From positions 9,352,201-9,416,200 of the forward strand of contig NC_092670.1 of NCBI RefSeq assembly GCF_964355755.1: 64,000 nucleotides of DNA, written 5' to 3'. The translations under genes were made by a program, and so were the position numbers. This document shows, one piece after another, positions 1-13,999 of the stretch (its first letter is position 1; every line of letters starts with the position of its first letter). A model generated the notes under the pieces. It did not search any database and had not been told where the DNA came from. It was given only the letters and a program-made list of their open reading frames with translations. The stretch is from Antedon mediterranea. Its lineage: Eukaryota; Animalia; Echinodermata.

Positions 1-29
1 CAGTTATGTTTTGATTTACTTGACAATGA

Positions 30-270
30 GGCCGACTCGCTTCTAGCTGGTGATGGAACTCTTCTCGGATAAGGATTATAAACAGTAGTGTGCATTTTAA
101 AGAACCCAGTTCATTATTCGAGAAGAGTAGGGGTTACTCCGGTGAACTGGTTCACAAAATAGCCCCTGCTGTATCAGAGGGATTATCACAGGACAGTGAT
201 TAATTTACTAATGGTAATCATTGGTGAAATTACATAAAGACATAACAAAATATAAATAAAAAATAATACT
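30..270 (+). mobile_element. Deu-domain SINE fragment (central domain and A-rich tail)
   Basis: cttctcggataaggattataaacagtag...tttaaagaacccagttcattattcgagaagagtagggttactccggtg is homologous to the SINE at 18214-18517 and resembles the Deu domain as recalled. An A-rich tail lies at ~240-270. Boundaries are approximate. Confidence 0.6.
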
Positions 271-396
271 AAATATAGTTGGCTATAGGCGGTGAATGGT
301 TTAGTTTCACCCCACGTTGATATCTAAAATGCATGGCTTGGATTGATGATGATGAATGAATGGTATACCTGGCGGACTTGGCTTGGCCATACTTAC

Positions 397-3300
397 TACG
401 TTGGACTTGATCCCCAGCACCCGGCTCATCAATAGGTTCATCAATTTCATTATCCTCTTCATCACCAGTTATATCAGAATTTTGTGGTGAACATGAAATT
501 GCTAGAGTTTCGTCTAAAATATAAAGTCCACAATATTTTAATTAAATGCATTTAAAATGAGCATATATTATGATATTGATTTGTGATATTACAAAATGGA
601 GACAATTGAAAGCCTCGACCAAATATTTACACGCGCCTCTCACTGTATCAATCGCAGTTGAAATACAGTTATGCGTAATAAAAATGTTTAGGCTTATACT
701 ATCATTATTATTAGTATTGTTACCGTCGTTGTTGTTGTTTTAATGTATTACTATTCTAGGTCTATAGTGTTGCTTAAGGCCCATTTACACTAGGGTGATA
801 ACGATCGACGATAATAGATAGACATTGATTTTTGTTTGGATAAAACGAAAGAAATTAGAACAGTTTCTTTCTAGAACTATAGGATAATCATGTATGCTGT
901 ATTTAATAAAAATATTATTTTTGAAAATCCAATCAAATGACGTCATGATCAATAAAAACAATAAAATCGTTGTATTGTAACAATATTATTGCTCTTACTA
1001 ATCATGACGTCATTTGATTGGACGTGTGGAAATGTTATTTTCATCAAAGGCAGCATAGATGATAATCCTACAGTTCTAAGATGAAAACTTTTAAAAATTC
1101 TTTTGTTTTATGTATGAAAAATGCATAGGCCTATTTATCTTTTTATTGTCGATCGTTATCGCCCTAGTGTAAATGGGCCTTTAAAGGTCTCTTGACCTTA
1201 ATTGGCTTTCTTCTGCATCATATTTTGCTAATTAATTTAATACTAATCTGTATTAATATGTTTGATGCATTGTGAAATAGAAACGTCTGCGTTCAAACAT
1301 AAACGGCTAAACAGTTTATTTGGCGCATGCTTATATATATAATTGGTTCTTGGTGCTACACCACGGACCCTCAGTGACGTTGGGATTATTGTGTTGTCCC
1401 TGCGCCAAGTGAATCATGTTAAAACCGCACTGATGAAGGGCTAGTGTTGCCCGAAAGCTCTGCTAACTTTTCTGGCTGTTTACTTTATCGTTTTGATTTA
1501 GCTTTTCGCTTTTTTTTTGTATCTCCATTGAGATCCAGCCACTGCAAAAAGCAATAATGTACACGTTTAACATAAATCCAAAGGCTTAAACTCTATAACA
1601 TTATCTCGAAATAAATGAATCTGAATGCTTACTGCATGCATCTATGCACCAGGATTATACTGGGAAGGTTTTAAATTGCATTTGCAGATTTGCTGTATCT
1701 GCTGTGAGTAGCCAAAACAATTGTTTCCCAATGGAAAACGTCCTGCCGCAACTCAACGACGCAACGTAAGAACGTACTGTGCTCTTCCATCACTTTGCAT
1801 TCAACCACCCACCACCGGTTCCTTCCTGTGACACAGGTATGTTCTTACAGCACATACGTTGCGTCCTAGTGGGAACATGCTTTAATGTAAAATCTTCTCT
1901 GGATTACGCAAGTCGTATTATCCACAGATTTCTTCTGTATTGCATTGTGAACTGTTATCTAGCTAAAATACGTATACGGTACATTATACAATTCTTACCA
2001 CGCAGGTGTTCTGCAAACATCACTGAAAAAATAATGATAGAAATATGTATATATTATATACCGGTGTAGCCTATAGATTTTAATTCGTCACTTTGACATC
2101 TTCATTAATAGTGAGCTTTCGATTTACAACAACCAAACTACGTCATGTTATATAATTTAATTGTGCGCATGCTGAGATAGTGTGTGTGCCCTAGGTCCCC
2201 CACTCGGACACAGGTTTGATGGTTTCTTGGCGGCGACCAACGACACATCGATTGATTGATGGTCGTCGCAAATGTATTTATTTAACAACATCTTTTTATA
2301 GGATAACACTATCAGGTAACCTGTTTTGCATTGTGGTCCTGTTTTAAATACAAAATAAATTGGGGTGGAGGGGGAATGTAGTTTTGTGAGAAAAAAATGA
2401 GATCGATATCTAGCTTGGAATGAAGAATATTTAACTTCAGTTGGTAGGTTATTCCATATTTTTGCGCCTGCAACTTTGAACGACGAGTTCATCTTAATAT
2501 TGGTAGGCCTAGGCCTATAGTAGGGTATTGTTATAATAACAAAATATAATTGATCATGAAAAATGAATATTATGAGTTTTCAGTAACAACATAGTCTATA
2601 GTTATAATGAATGAATGACAAATTGAAATTCTTTTTATAATCTATGAATGAAAGAAAAGATTTGAACTTCATGTTAATATTTTAACCTAGGCCTGCTGCG
2701 TGCATGTTGCCCTTTCTTCACGAGTATGAAAAGTTCTAATATAGTCTTCTATTTGGCCTATTGTTTTGTGAATCAAGGCAATATGAGGTACTTACATGCT
2801 TTACCGCATGGTGCTATAACAAAGAAAATAAGAAAAAAAATCAATATACAGTATGTTCAGTTGGCCTTTTAACAACATTCAGACTTATGGCTTAAAGGTA
2901 GCTCATTTCTAAACCTTTGCAACTTTTTTAAAAAGTGGTGCAACAGAACTTTTTTTTTGTGATTTTTCCATTTTTCTCTGTATACTAGGTCATACAGTAA
3001 TACCAAATATCGTTTTTTTGACTTATTTCAGTTATGATTACAAAAACAATGGCTGACTGGGTTTATGTTCTATTGAACATAGTGTCTCTAATTCAGTTTC
3101 TGATGACAAATTGCGCAGTTGAAACGAACTGGTTTTTGTTTGTAGGCCTACATAATAGCAAAATGATTTTAAAAAACTGAGTTAACATCCCGGGAAGAAT
3201 GACCCCACCCAGGTTGTAGACCTAGGCCCACTAATAAATTATACTACACTCTACTATAAATAACTTACAGTCAATGTTTTCAATATCGTTACCCAGTGAA

Positions 3301-4282
3301 TCTGAAAATGTGAAGTACACATATGTTAGTGAACACAAAATTCCTCGTCTATGTATAACGCTTAAACTATATACAGGACACAGTTTAATTTTCCTACCAG
3401 AAATGTTTTATTTTTTTTGTCAAGACTAATTGCACTGCATAACAAGTGAATGTTAGTTTGGTGTAATAGGTAGGCCTATGCATAGGCCTATAGCTTCCTA
3501 TGGTTGAAACCCTGGTTCAATTCTGCAGAAGCAATAACATAAACAAAAACTTAACCTCCGGGCGGATATAAACCTTCTGTGATGGAAGTAAAGTGTGCGG
3601 TCTATATAATATGACTGATCATGAGCAAATTAAACATTTGTTTATAACATGATGTAGGACAAACAATCTACTGTATAACACAATAATATATTTGTGTATA
3701 TATTTCGTAAGGTATTGTGGGTAGAGCCAATTATCGGCGCCATTTTTTGTCTTGGAGTAGTGCGCTCTCAAATGTGAAGCCTGTTCTATACTGTATAGGA
3801 GAAGGTCTGGATTAACATGCATCCGGAATTTTCGGCCAAGAGAGACTTTTTAGTCCAGCACGTTTCGTATTCGTGTACCAGAGATCTCTAATAGTTTTAA
3901 TAGGCATATATTAAAATAGTTTACTTTTCTAGCTTAGAATAGCTGGCAGAATGACCTTATAAATCCAAGCATCGTCTTTTTATACAGTGGCCTTGAAAGT
4001 AACATGGTTTAAACTATCTTAAGCTCTGTCTACACCCCAAATATGGTGGTGATATGCCCAAATATGGTAGTGATATGAAATAATCAAGTCCATTTTTTTG
4101 TCACATAAAGTTTGACAGTGTAGACAGAGCTTTAGGTTTAATCATGAAGGACAGAGTGCACTTACCAAAGGGTGTGTGCAAAATTGCTTCAACGATAGCT
4201 TCGACAGGACAAGTGAAGATCGTAGCATTTGTGACCGGGCCTGCCAGACAAGGGTGATATGCACCATTCGAAGTGGTAACCA
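397..4282 (-). CDS. Candidate internal exons of an unidentified minus-strand gene (4166-4282, 3556-3601, 3269-3301, 397-513)
   Basis: Each segment is open and bounded by an AG acceptor and a GTAAG/GTTAAG donor on the minus strand. The last three join in phase as TAHFTSITEGLYPPG-DSLGNDIENID-YETLAISCSPQNSDITGDEEDNEIDEPIDEPGAGDQVQR. No family recognised; the gene would continue off the left edge. Confidence 0.35.
777..1180. mobile_element. PIF/Harbinger-like foldback MITE
   Basis: TIR AGGCCCATTTACACTAGGG...CCCTAGTGTAAATGGGCCT with TTA on both flanks (774-776, 1181-1183). The interior is also inverted-repeated. Confidence 0.8.
1427..1463 (+). ncRNA. Minimal type I hammerhead ribozyme, Penelope-like-element type
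   Basis: GCA-CTGATGA-A-GGGC-tagtgtt-GCCC-GAAA-GCTC-TGC: intact core, 4-bp stem II, palindromic AGCT stem III, 3-bp stem I. Predicted cleavage after C1460. Confidence 0.75.
1722..1880. mobile_element. Degenerate MITE (family with GGTTCCCACTAG...CTAGTGGGAACC ends)
   Basis: tgtttcccaatggaaaacg...cgttgcgtcctagtgggaacatgc; same family as 10443-10768 and 15190-15352. Confidence 0.55.
4021..4132. mobile_element. Short MITE (AAGCTCTGTCTACAC TIR, Harbinger-like)
   Basis: 15-bp TIR aagctctgtctacac / gtgtagacagagctt. The same family occurs at 20039-21386, with an internal piece at ~10795-10860. Confidence 0.7.
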
Positions 4283-4583
4283 CTGTGAAATATGGGTATT
4301 AAAGATTGATTAAGAATATATTAAAAAAAATGTTTTCTCTTTTGTGGCGCAAACACCACTTTTATTCACATTCATATTATCTCATGTCATTACATAAAAT
4401 CATATTATTTAACATATTTTTGTTAATTCCAAATCTCGTTACAATTATTCATCAGTAACATTTTTACATTTTTGAAATTCCGTATTACCTCCCTTTTTCA
4501 TTAATTTTCTTATATTTTTCTAATGCTTGTTTCTTTATCGTTATATGTTTCACATGCAATGTTATATAGCATATTGCTTTTAA

Positions 4584-4868
4584 ATGATCTCCATAAAGAT
4601 TTACCCACTGGATTATTTAATGCTCAATGGCGGTTTTTCAAACTGGCAAGGAATAACTTACGGAGTTCCTCAGGGGACGAAACTGAGTCCCTTAATTTTT
4701 CAAGTAATGGTTAACAATTCGCTTAGAGACTTCCCAAATCGGTGGAAGTATGTGGATGATTTGTCAATACGTGAAGTTCACAACAAGAAAACCCCGCCTA
4801 ATGTTCAAGATCAATTAAACGAACTATCACAATGGACCAAAGACAATAATATGATAATTAATATTTGA
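4584..4868 (+). pseudogene. Non-LTR retrotransposon reverse-transcriptase fragment
   Basis: GVPQGTKLSPLIF...KYVDDLS RT motifs in a 94-codon frame; an isolated fragment. Confidence 0.8.
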
Positions 4869-6488
4869 TATGTTTATTTTATATTGACACTGTTGATTCG
4901 TCTATTTGTTATTTAAATATTTTTATATAGTTTATTTTATATCATTGTTGTTACAATTTGCAGATTACTTGCGCAATTTAATACGTTGCTTGCGCAATTT
5001 GAAACACAATGTTTCAATTCAAATTGCGCAAGGATTTTTTTTGCGCAATTTCAAATTGCGCAAATCTTTCAAATCGCGCATAACAGCAATACTAAAAGAT
5101 TCAACAACTCATGTTTCCCAGCCCTGTGTAGACTAATTAATAAACCAAAATAAACACATTTCGGGCATAAGAACAACAATAATAATAATAAGTATTAAGT
5201 ACTTTCATCAGTTTTTTCCATGTTTAATATCTCCTTTTTAAAATACTTTTTTTAACTTTTAATGTTGTAAATTTTGATGTTTGAAAGCTTGTACCAATGT
5301 TATATGTAAATCTCTTGCAATTCAGTTTTATTTTATATATACTGCAAAGAGAAATATTGAATAAAAGCAGAATGAATGAATGCTGAGAATATTTTTATTC
5401 TATAAATATATGTAATTATTTATAGAAATATCCAAACTTTAAATCTGTCTAATACGGTACCATGCGTCCCATTTATTAAGAATATGATTTAAGAATACCT
5501 TGAAGATGCGTCCAAAAAATAATATCTTACTCAGAGCTAGCTATTTTCTAAAACATTTTTTTATAATTTTGCGCAACGCTTGGAAAGTCGTATCAAATCT
5601 GTGCGGAGCTTACCACTGGCAAAATCCGATCGCCGCCTAATATCAACATTTACAAGATGGAAGAGGCGGATTGATCAAATCAAATCAAATCTTTATTCGT
5701 TCCAAATATAAAAAATGTACATGGAAAAATTGTTTTCCTCGACAGAAAAATATGATAAAAACATTCACAATTACATCATACATAGAACAAAATTACAATT
5801 TAAAAACATTAATTAAAACATCCATCAATTGTAAAACTTTAAAATATATATTGCATGTGCACTGATCTAACAATCTTTGAGTTAAAAATATGAGTTGAAT
5901 TTGGTACAAAAGACAGTCGGTGATGAAGACCCAAACAGAAGACTAGAACAACTGTTCGTATCCGTTGAATGAAGAGAACATTTTGTTTTTTAATATAATT
6001 TTCCATTACATGATTCCTGTACAAGGATAACAGTTGGAATCGAGGTTAAACAAGAAATAATACATTAAAAAAAATAAAATCGGCATGGAAAGTGCCATCT
6101 ACACTGCTGTAGTATTTTTGCTTACTGCAGGCATTCGTTTTGGTACCATTCCATGGTTTCCACACATCAAATTATCATGAGTAAAGACATAAATGTTTTC
6201 TGCATTTATTTTTTTTTTCATACTTACTTATATAATTTGAAGCTTAAATATGGCGTTTACCTTTCTCCTTATATAACTAATTCTTATATATTGTTTGTGA
6301 GGGTCTGATTGAGACAAGTTTTTTTTTTAACTTCTAAATCAGATCCTAACCAAACAAAAAAAAAAATTAAGGGGAAAATGTTAAAATGTATGTATGTGGA
6401 ATTTTGGTTGAATAAATATTACGAAACTAAAAACTAAAAAAAAAAAGAAACTAAAATATCAACCAAAAAATGTGCTCCAATTTGTCAA

Positions 6489-6646
6489 TTTTTATTTTAT
6501 TTTATTTTATTTTATTCAGTCAAAACCAACAGCGATAAATACCGCCACTAACAAGTTTGAAACATAAAACAATACAACATCAACAACGGTTAACAATAAA
6601 ATACAGATAAAATATATATATAGGCCTATATAACATAGACCGGCAT
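6489..6646 (-). mobile_element. Severely 5'-truncated 3' end of the LINE family at 57468-60011
   Basis: Near-identical to 57468-57625 (caaaaccaacagcgataaataccgccactaac...), including the (TTTTA)n tail. Confidence 0.85.
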
Positions 6647-6894
6647 TCCCCAATGGTTTAGGGAAAGTTAACCACGTGTTTTGTCGCTTGAATCTTGAAT
6701 CTTTCTTATTTCATGACCTCAAATAAATCTTTATTAATTTATAACCATTCTTGTAATTGTCTGTTATATTGTTATTGAAATCTATTCTAAGTGGTGTACG
6801 ACAATAATTCCTCAGTAGGCTTTCATAGAAAAATTCTGTAATACAGCATGTCATTTGTATCACATGTGGTGTTTGCATGTATCATGTAAGGTTG

Positions 6895-6895
<1 letters not shown>

Positions 6896-6955
<60 letters not shown>
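6896..6955. repeat. (TTAG)n microsatellite
   Basis: About 15 tandem TTAG units. Confidence 0.95.
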
Positions 6956-6956
<1 letters not shown>

Positions 6957-7625
6957 AACGTTCCAATTCTTAAGCTCGGAATTTTATTAGTAGTTCGAGC
7001 ACTTTGACGTAATTTTAATTTCTAAACCGAACTCTGTGATAAAATCAAGGCTTGACTAAATCGAGACGGATTTTATAATTTAATTTGAATAGTTCGAAAT
7101 AGCACCTTTTGAAACAAAACAAAACTACGGTTTACGGTCGCATGGTTTAAAATACTAGGCAATACGTAATTTGTGAAACACATGTGACGCTTTATTACGG
7201 AACTTTCCTATGATACTGTGAAAATCTTGATAGAGCAATCTGGAGATACTCACCGGCAGCAAACACTAACAAGGCATGTAGAATCATTGTAAATGCTGGA
7301 TGCTGTAATTATCCTTAAAAATAAAATTAAAAAAATCGAAGTTTAATTTATAATCTTCCGATCTTCCTTATATTTTAAACCCATCAAAATCTTTAAATTA
7401 AGCTATTGACAGAAAAATCATCATCTCATGGTCTCTTCCAAGTTGTTCGGAAGGGCTCTCCTTTTCAGAGCTATGATGCAATTTGTAAGTAATACAAATA
7501 TATAAATAACATAGATGATAAATGATGCATTTTATTACGTTTGACGTAATAACATGAAAAGGAATAAAAGTGGGTGAATCTCACAAAAGAAAAAAAACTC
7601 ATTATCACCTGTCATTTAGCTGTAT

Positions 7626-7661
<36 letters not shown>

Positions 7662-10442
7662 CCCATATTTAATTTAATGCGGGTGATCCATCCATCTAGC
7701 AATTGCTGATCATTAGGGACCATCAGAAGTTCACAAGACAAACATATACACAAGATGCTCTACATAAACAAAGTTTTATTACAAGTCTTTGGGAGTAGCA
7801 ACTCTCTATATTTACTCCATTCCTAAATATAAACATAGCCGACATTGAAGAATGAAACACAATAACTTACCTTATCTATGCTCGTGCTAACCTGTCAGAT
7901 GTTGATCAACAAATGAATACTTTTACAATCGAACGTAATATTCATATCTATCTGTATTGATCAAACGAAGTTAAAGCTGATAAAAAACATGACGTATTGG
8001 TGTTAATATATTGATTAGTTATTGGCATATTGATTAGGTATGCAGCTCATCAATAGATCAAGGGTTTCATAATATAGATTTTTATCACGTGATTGATCGC
8101 TGGAATTCATATTCACAATTACCAAATCAGACTGATTTCACCTTTTACACGACATTTACACAATAATAGGCCTATTAATAGAACCATATTTTATCAAAAT
8201 AAAAGAATGAAAATTACTAATCAATGTTATGAATAAGGAATGCAGTAGTTTTCACTAGAAAGTGTAATATTTAATCTGCAGTAAGGTAAATAATACCGTA
8301 CAGAATAATATTTATAGGCATCGAATTAAAAGTTTTAAACAGCCATAAGAACCAATATCAAACTATACAAGATTTACCCCTAATGGAGGTAGAATTTCTA
8401 TATATTTTTTCCTAAACCAACTACCATATTAGTGGTTGAGAGATTGATAATAAATTAATATAATAAACTGATGAAAAAAGCACATCATCTATCGGAAATA
8501 TCGGAACGGAGGTACAAAAATAAGCTATCACACAAGCGCGTCGGGTAACGTGTAGGCCTACATAAATATAGTGAGTTGTTATAGCTTATGCTAAAAGAAC
8601 TTAACTACAACTTTTCTGGCTACATTCCTAGATCACGAATAATGAAATCAACAATGTTAAATCAATATTTTGTTATTGAACAGATTAATATGTTGACAAA
8701 CCCGCCCCCGTAATCCACTAATACAATGCATGGGAAAATTTTGCTTTCATCGATTAATCGTTAAAGATTAGTCCAGATTAAAAGATTATCGATCGATGAT
8801 CCCCCCGTCATATTGTTATCACCCTCACGGAAGTGATACACCGGAAAACAGATACCCTGGTAAAAACCACCTCAATATTAAGGGTCTTCCACACCAGCCC
8901 TGTTCCGTTCTGGCTCGGCTCCAGTTCAGGTTTTCCTTTTTCACCACGCCACGCGGCCGCCGGCTACACGCATCGATTGCCGCATAGCCGTGGTGAAACG
9001 AAAGATTAAGATGCAATTTTATTTGCCGGAGCGAGCTGAACCGGTGGTAATCAAGAATAATTGATGCATTCATGAAAATTAAAGAAATGCAGACTTAACA
9101 TAATATGTAAACATACATAGTATGTAAACAGTACACACAAAATAAAACGAGAAATGAAAAATAACTAAACATTCCTTTGATCTTATGGTTGGCTGCGACA
9201 AATCCATAGTCGCTGTTACGAATTCTGTGACCATGTTTTATGGTGTTTATTTTTATTTTTTTATTTATTCGGATATAAAACTTACAACAAGTAGTCGCAA
9301 GGCTAAAAAAATACTGCACAATTTACTTACATAACAATAAAAAGGATGTAATAAAAATGAAATAAAAGGTACAAAAATATCACTCTGTCTCTTTGGCTCA
9401 TGAACTATTGTTTAGCATATTAATTATTGTAGGGATGGGTGAATTTTTTAATCTTTCAGTTCTCGGTTTGAATTGTTGATATTGACCTTGCCATTGCTTC
9501 GGAGCACATGAGGAATACTACGGATAGGGGGAGCAAATAACTGAACTTGTCCGAGTTCGACAGCTTCTTGCCAAAAGTCAGTATTAGATTATCACGTCTG
9601 ACTTTTAGCAAATGTAAATTTAAAAAATCTAAAACTAATTTATATAAAATGGTAATTGAGGCCTAGAATGTTACATTTTCTGTTTTATTATGACACTTCA
9701 ATTTATTTTTTTATTTTATTTCATTTATTTTAATATATCCACAAATCACAGAAAAGAAACTGAATTGCTTGCGATTTACATAACAATAAAAATTGCACAG
9801 ATCAATATAGGCCTACACATATAAAGACAAAAACAAATTAACCAATTAGATATCAAAAATATATTGGCCTACACATATAAAGACAAAAACAAATTAACCA
9901 ATTAGATATAAAAAATATATTGCTGAAAAATTATTTTTAAATTACTAATTATAAAAATTACGGTACGGATATGCACTTATAAATATATATATATATAAAA
10001 AAACTCATTAACAAAATAAAAATATGGGATTGCACTATTATGATAACGGCTGACTTTGGCTAATGGCTAAACATTTTTTGGGGATTTCGAAGAACCATAT
10101 TGTGAGCTGTGTTATTTCTATTGAACCACCATGAAAAGCGATCGTCTTTTGCGCAAGTTTCGGCAAGTTTAAGGCACAGCTTTGTTCTACGTTCTGATAA
10201 GGTTAGGAGGAATGCTCTCTTCTGTATTTTCTCAATAGCATTGCTCTGTTCGTTAGTTATAGGCCTACCTGAGCAATGCTCAACTGATTTTTTACGAACA
10301 TGACGTTCTAATAGATATGTTTATTTTATCACAATAGAGACAATATGTGCGTTATGAAACAAATAATTATATTCGTGCAATGGAACAAATAATTTCATTC
10401 GATGAATAATGAATCATTCCTTTGTAAATAGCCGTAGTTAAT

Positions 10443-10768
10443 GCTTGGTTCCACTATAGAAACGCGACGCAAGGGATGTAAGCGCAACCAAATTTACCAT
10501 TTATAATTCGAACTGTTGCTTATCGTTGGTAAACTCACTTGCGTTGCGTTTTACATCCATGCGTTGCGTTTCACATCCATGCGTTGCGTTTCACATCCAT
10601 GCGTTGCGTTTAACATCCATGCGTTGCGTTTCACATCCATGCGTTGCGTTTCACATGCATGCGTTGCGTTTCACATGCATGCGTTGCTTTTCACATGCAT
10701 GCGTTGCGTTTCACATGCATGCGTTGCGTTTCACATGCATGCATGCGTTGCGTTTCTAGTGGAGCCAA
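10443..10768. mobile_element. MITE with an internal 20-bp tandem array (GCGTTGCGTTTCACATSCAT)n
   Basis: Ends gcttggttccacta / tagtggagccaa; about 10 copies of the 20-mer at 10541-10755. Confidence 0.75.
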
Positions 10769-11899
10769 TCATTTACGGCAATACTAGTTTCAGTGTGCCC
10801 AAATATGGTAGTGATATGACGTCATCATATATCCATATATGGGCACATCATATGTTTTTGTAACACAAAAATGACTTAACGCTATTGCAACAGTACTATA
10901 ACGAAAGTTTTAAATAAAGGACCAACTGCCAGTTGTTAAGGCCAAATTACACAGCGGTCTGTGTAAATTGGACTTCTGTGCACATTTTGTGATGTATAGG
11001 CCTATTTTTGTTCGAGCGCCACAAGCACCATACTGGTTGCCTTTATTATTTATATCCTTATTGTTTTTTTGTTGTTATGTCAATGACCTGCAACAAATTA
11101 AGTTACTAATTACTTCTACTGGGGGCCTAACTTTTTGAAAAGGCGTGAATCACTTGGGTTCTTGTGGGCCAGCAATTTAGAAACTTAAGTGCAAGGACGC
11201 CTGGCGTCGGGCGACACCCACAACGTACTTATATAGCAACAAAGGCCAAGGAAACGAGAAAATGTAACTAGAAATTAATATGATTCATATTCTGAAGTTT
11301 GATGCTACAGCATCAGAAATAACGCACGTTCTGTGACGTCAAGTGATTATGAAACAGTGATTTTCATGGAAAGCTGAACTGAAGTGAGAACTCATATTCT
11401 GCAACACATAGCCTTAATTAGAATAAAATCGCAAACAAATTTGAAAAAAAAATTATAACTAGTGTAGTCCATATTAGCTAAAGTACGGATAGGATTATCG
11501 CACAAATAAACTGGTTGATGATTATAGCGACAGTCAGTGAGTAGGCAAATTATGTACAAAATACGGTAACATTTTTAGAAGCTCTGGGATAGTGGGATAA
11601 CTGTAATTGGAAACAAGCTACAATGAGGTGAGCCAGGGACAAGACTAAACTATTAAGGTCTCCTTATCAGCTTTATCATATAATAATAAGCGATGGATCA
11701 TTATTCGCTTGTGAATTGGTCAATTTGCATCGCGTCCTAGTTTAAACTTAAGGACGAAGTGGTGGTTAACGCCACAAAAGAGAAAAAAAACTTAAGGACG
11801 AAGTTCTTAACGGCGTAACTTACGCTCAATTAATATAGCGTTCTGAAACAACGTTTAGGTAAAACAATTCCAGTTGACATTATGTCAGTCAGTTACAGA

Positions 11900-12240
11900 T
11901 TAATTGTCCAGTGACCGGGTGTGGTCTTTAGAGTCGATTAGCAACATTTCACAAATTTCTTCCACATTTGCCAACATCTGTGTTTACGTTTCTGAGCAAG
12001 ATTTTTCATTCCATAATTATTCGGTGATGTTATCTTATTTTTGTCTGATTCTTCTTGTTTTTTTTTACAGTCGTCATGCAATCTTCGATCGTCTGATGAT
12101 ATTATGCATTGTTTCTATAGCCTAGTCTGTAGTATCTCCTTTCCAGGGCCTGGAGTTTTCGTTGTCCAGGTTTCGCATGCATCACGATTGAGACAGTCAT
12201 TGTGCAGAGTAATCTGATATTGTTCAGGCTAATGCTTTTG
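11900..12240 (-). pseudogene. Decayed RTE-like LINE 3' coding fragment
   Basis: The minus strand gives ..CETWT.. then ..RKLQALERRYYR.. in shifted frames, typical of RTE ORF C-termini. Heavily decayed; boundaries approximate. Confidence 0.5.
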
Positions 12241-13999
12241 TATCTTCAATAATGTTTGGTTTTACGACAGCAACGGTTGCGCAAATTAAGGGCTGGCAAG
12301 CCAATATAAAAATCCGTAATAAACATTTGAGTCAATAAGAAAAAAAACAATAATGATAATAAACACAACTTACTATGACCTGTCAATCTAATTTACACGT
12401 GTTTTTGACATTGAATTCGCGTTACTATTGAAGAAGGAAATTCATGGAAATCGAATATTTCCCGCAGTTCTATTAAATAATTACAGAACTTCCGCGCAGA
12501 CTTACCTAGCGCCTACAGTGTTGTTATCAAACGCATTTTGTTGAGATGAGGGTTCGCAAACAATAAAATAAATAAAACGGACAAAAAGATCATTTAAGCG
12601 CTCAAAACTGAGTGAAACACTTGGGCAGGTTGCAGAGAGTGACAGAGGGCGTGCTACTTAATGTTTAAACACATATTGAAGATACAGATAACTCGAGATT
12701 TTGATCAGCTTTCGTGACATCACCCATCACTAATCAATAGGCATGATCTGTTGTTATTAGGTATTTAAAAAAAATCAGGATGATATGATAAATTAGAAAT
12801 TGTGGATATTATCATCATACAAACAAACATACGGTATGCATACAAAGTGATAGACTTGTGGTCAATGCTTTGCAAGTATCTTGCTAAACATCGAAACATG
12901 TCGTCGTCGGATCTATCTCACTTCAGAACTCGGAACGGAAATCAGCAAAGTCTAAATAATCTGTGACTGAGCAAAAAGGATGGTTCGTGCTGTGCCTTTC
13001 TAAATGTCAGTAATACCGCATGCTAAATTCAAAATTACTTAGGTCTATATGTCATGTCAAATAGGCCTACTACATGATAAATCCAATGCTATAGGGGCCT
13101 ATGTATGAAATGCCGCATGATAAAATCATCATCATCATCATTTTACTTTTATTTGGGATACGCACGTCCATAGGTACAAAATTATTTGTATCACATAAAA
13201 ACGTCAAACACACACACACACACACAAAGACACCGGTATCAGATCATCTCAGGATCTCCATCATTTTGTTATGGAGCCTGGTTGATTCAAATGATGATAC
13301 CATAATACATTCTATCATTTCGTTTTTGCTAGCAGACATTCTATGTAACAATGAAAAGACAGATTTCCTTTGATATTCCCCAAAATAATAACAAACGTGT
13401 CACTAGCACTGCAGTGTCTAGGCATATGTGTCAAACTGCATGATATTTCAAAAGATGCCATGCTTCGGCATATTTCAAAAATACCGCATGATAAATTCAG
13501 AAGATTCAACGCTTGTGAACCGCATTATAACAAAACATTTCCTTCAATTTGTAAAAACAGTAATTCGCGCCTTTTAGATTATTTCTTCGTCGTTGAGTTT
13601 GTTATTCTTTAACAAGTTTCTTTCAGTTCCAAAGGAAGTTCCAAAATAAATTAAATCAGTGAATTAAATTATTACGGGGGAGAATGATTCATCCTTAAAG
13701 AATAGAAAACTGACTGTCCGGTATCTAAAATCTGAGGATTAATAAGCTTTCCCAAGCGACGGAAGCCTCATCATACTGTGTATGAAAGCATAGCCTAAGA
13801 ACTTTGACAGTCACGCCACCAAGTCATCTGCTTTTCATAGTGGAGATGAGTATTCTGTTTTTCATCCAACCCTCTGTAATCGGAGCCCTTCTAATCATCA
13901 TGGTCTTATTTCTCATCAAAGAGTATTGCTATTTATTATTAAATTTTTTTGTATACCGTAATTGATTGACATTTTGATTTTATTAAATAATTACATTAA

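Noticed and set aside
1890-1902. AATCTTCTCTG (U6 ACAGAGA-box complement / Dada subterminal motif)
   Set aside because: An isolated 11-mer with no further U6 sequence and no GCGCAA at the expected distance; likely chance.
3094-3132. Second hammerhead candidate (ctgatga...gaaac)
   Set aside because: Stem II is weak and there is no stem III or NUH cleavage triplet.
10516-10863. Cys/His-rich repeat ORFs
   Set aside because: These are translations of a 20-bp tandem array inside a MITE.
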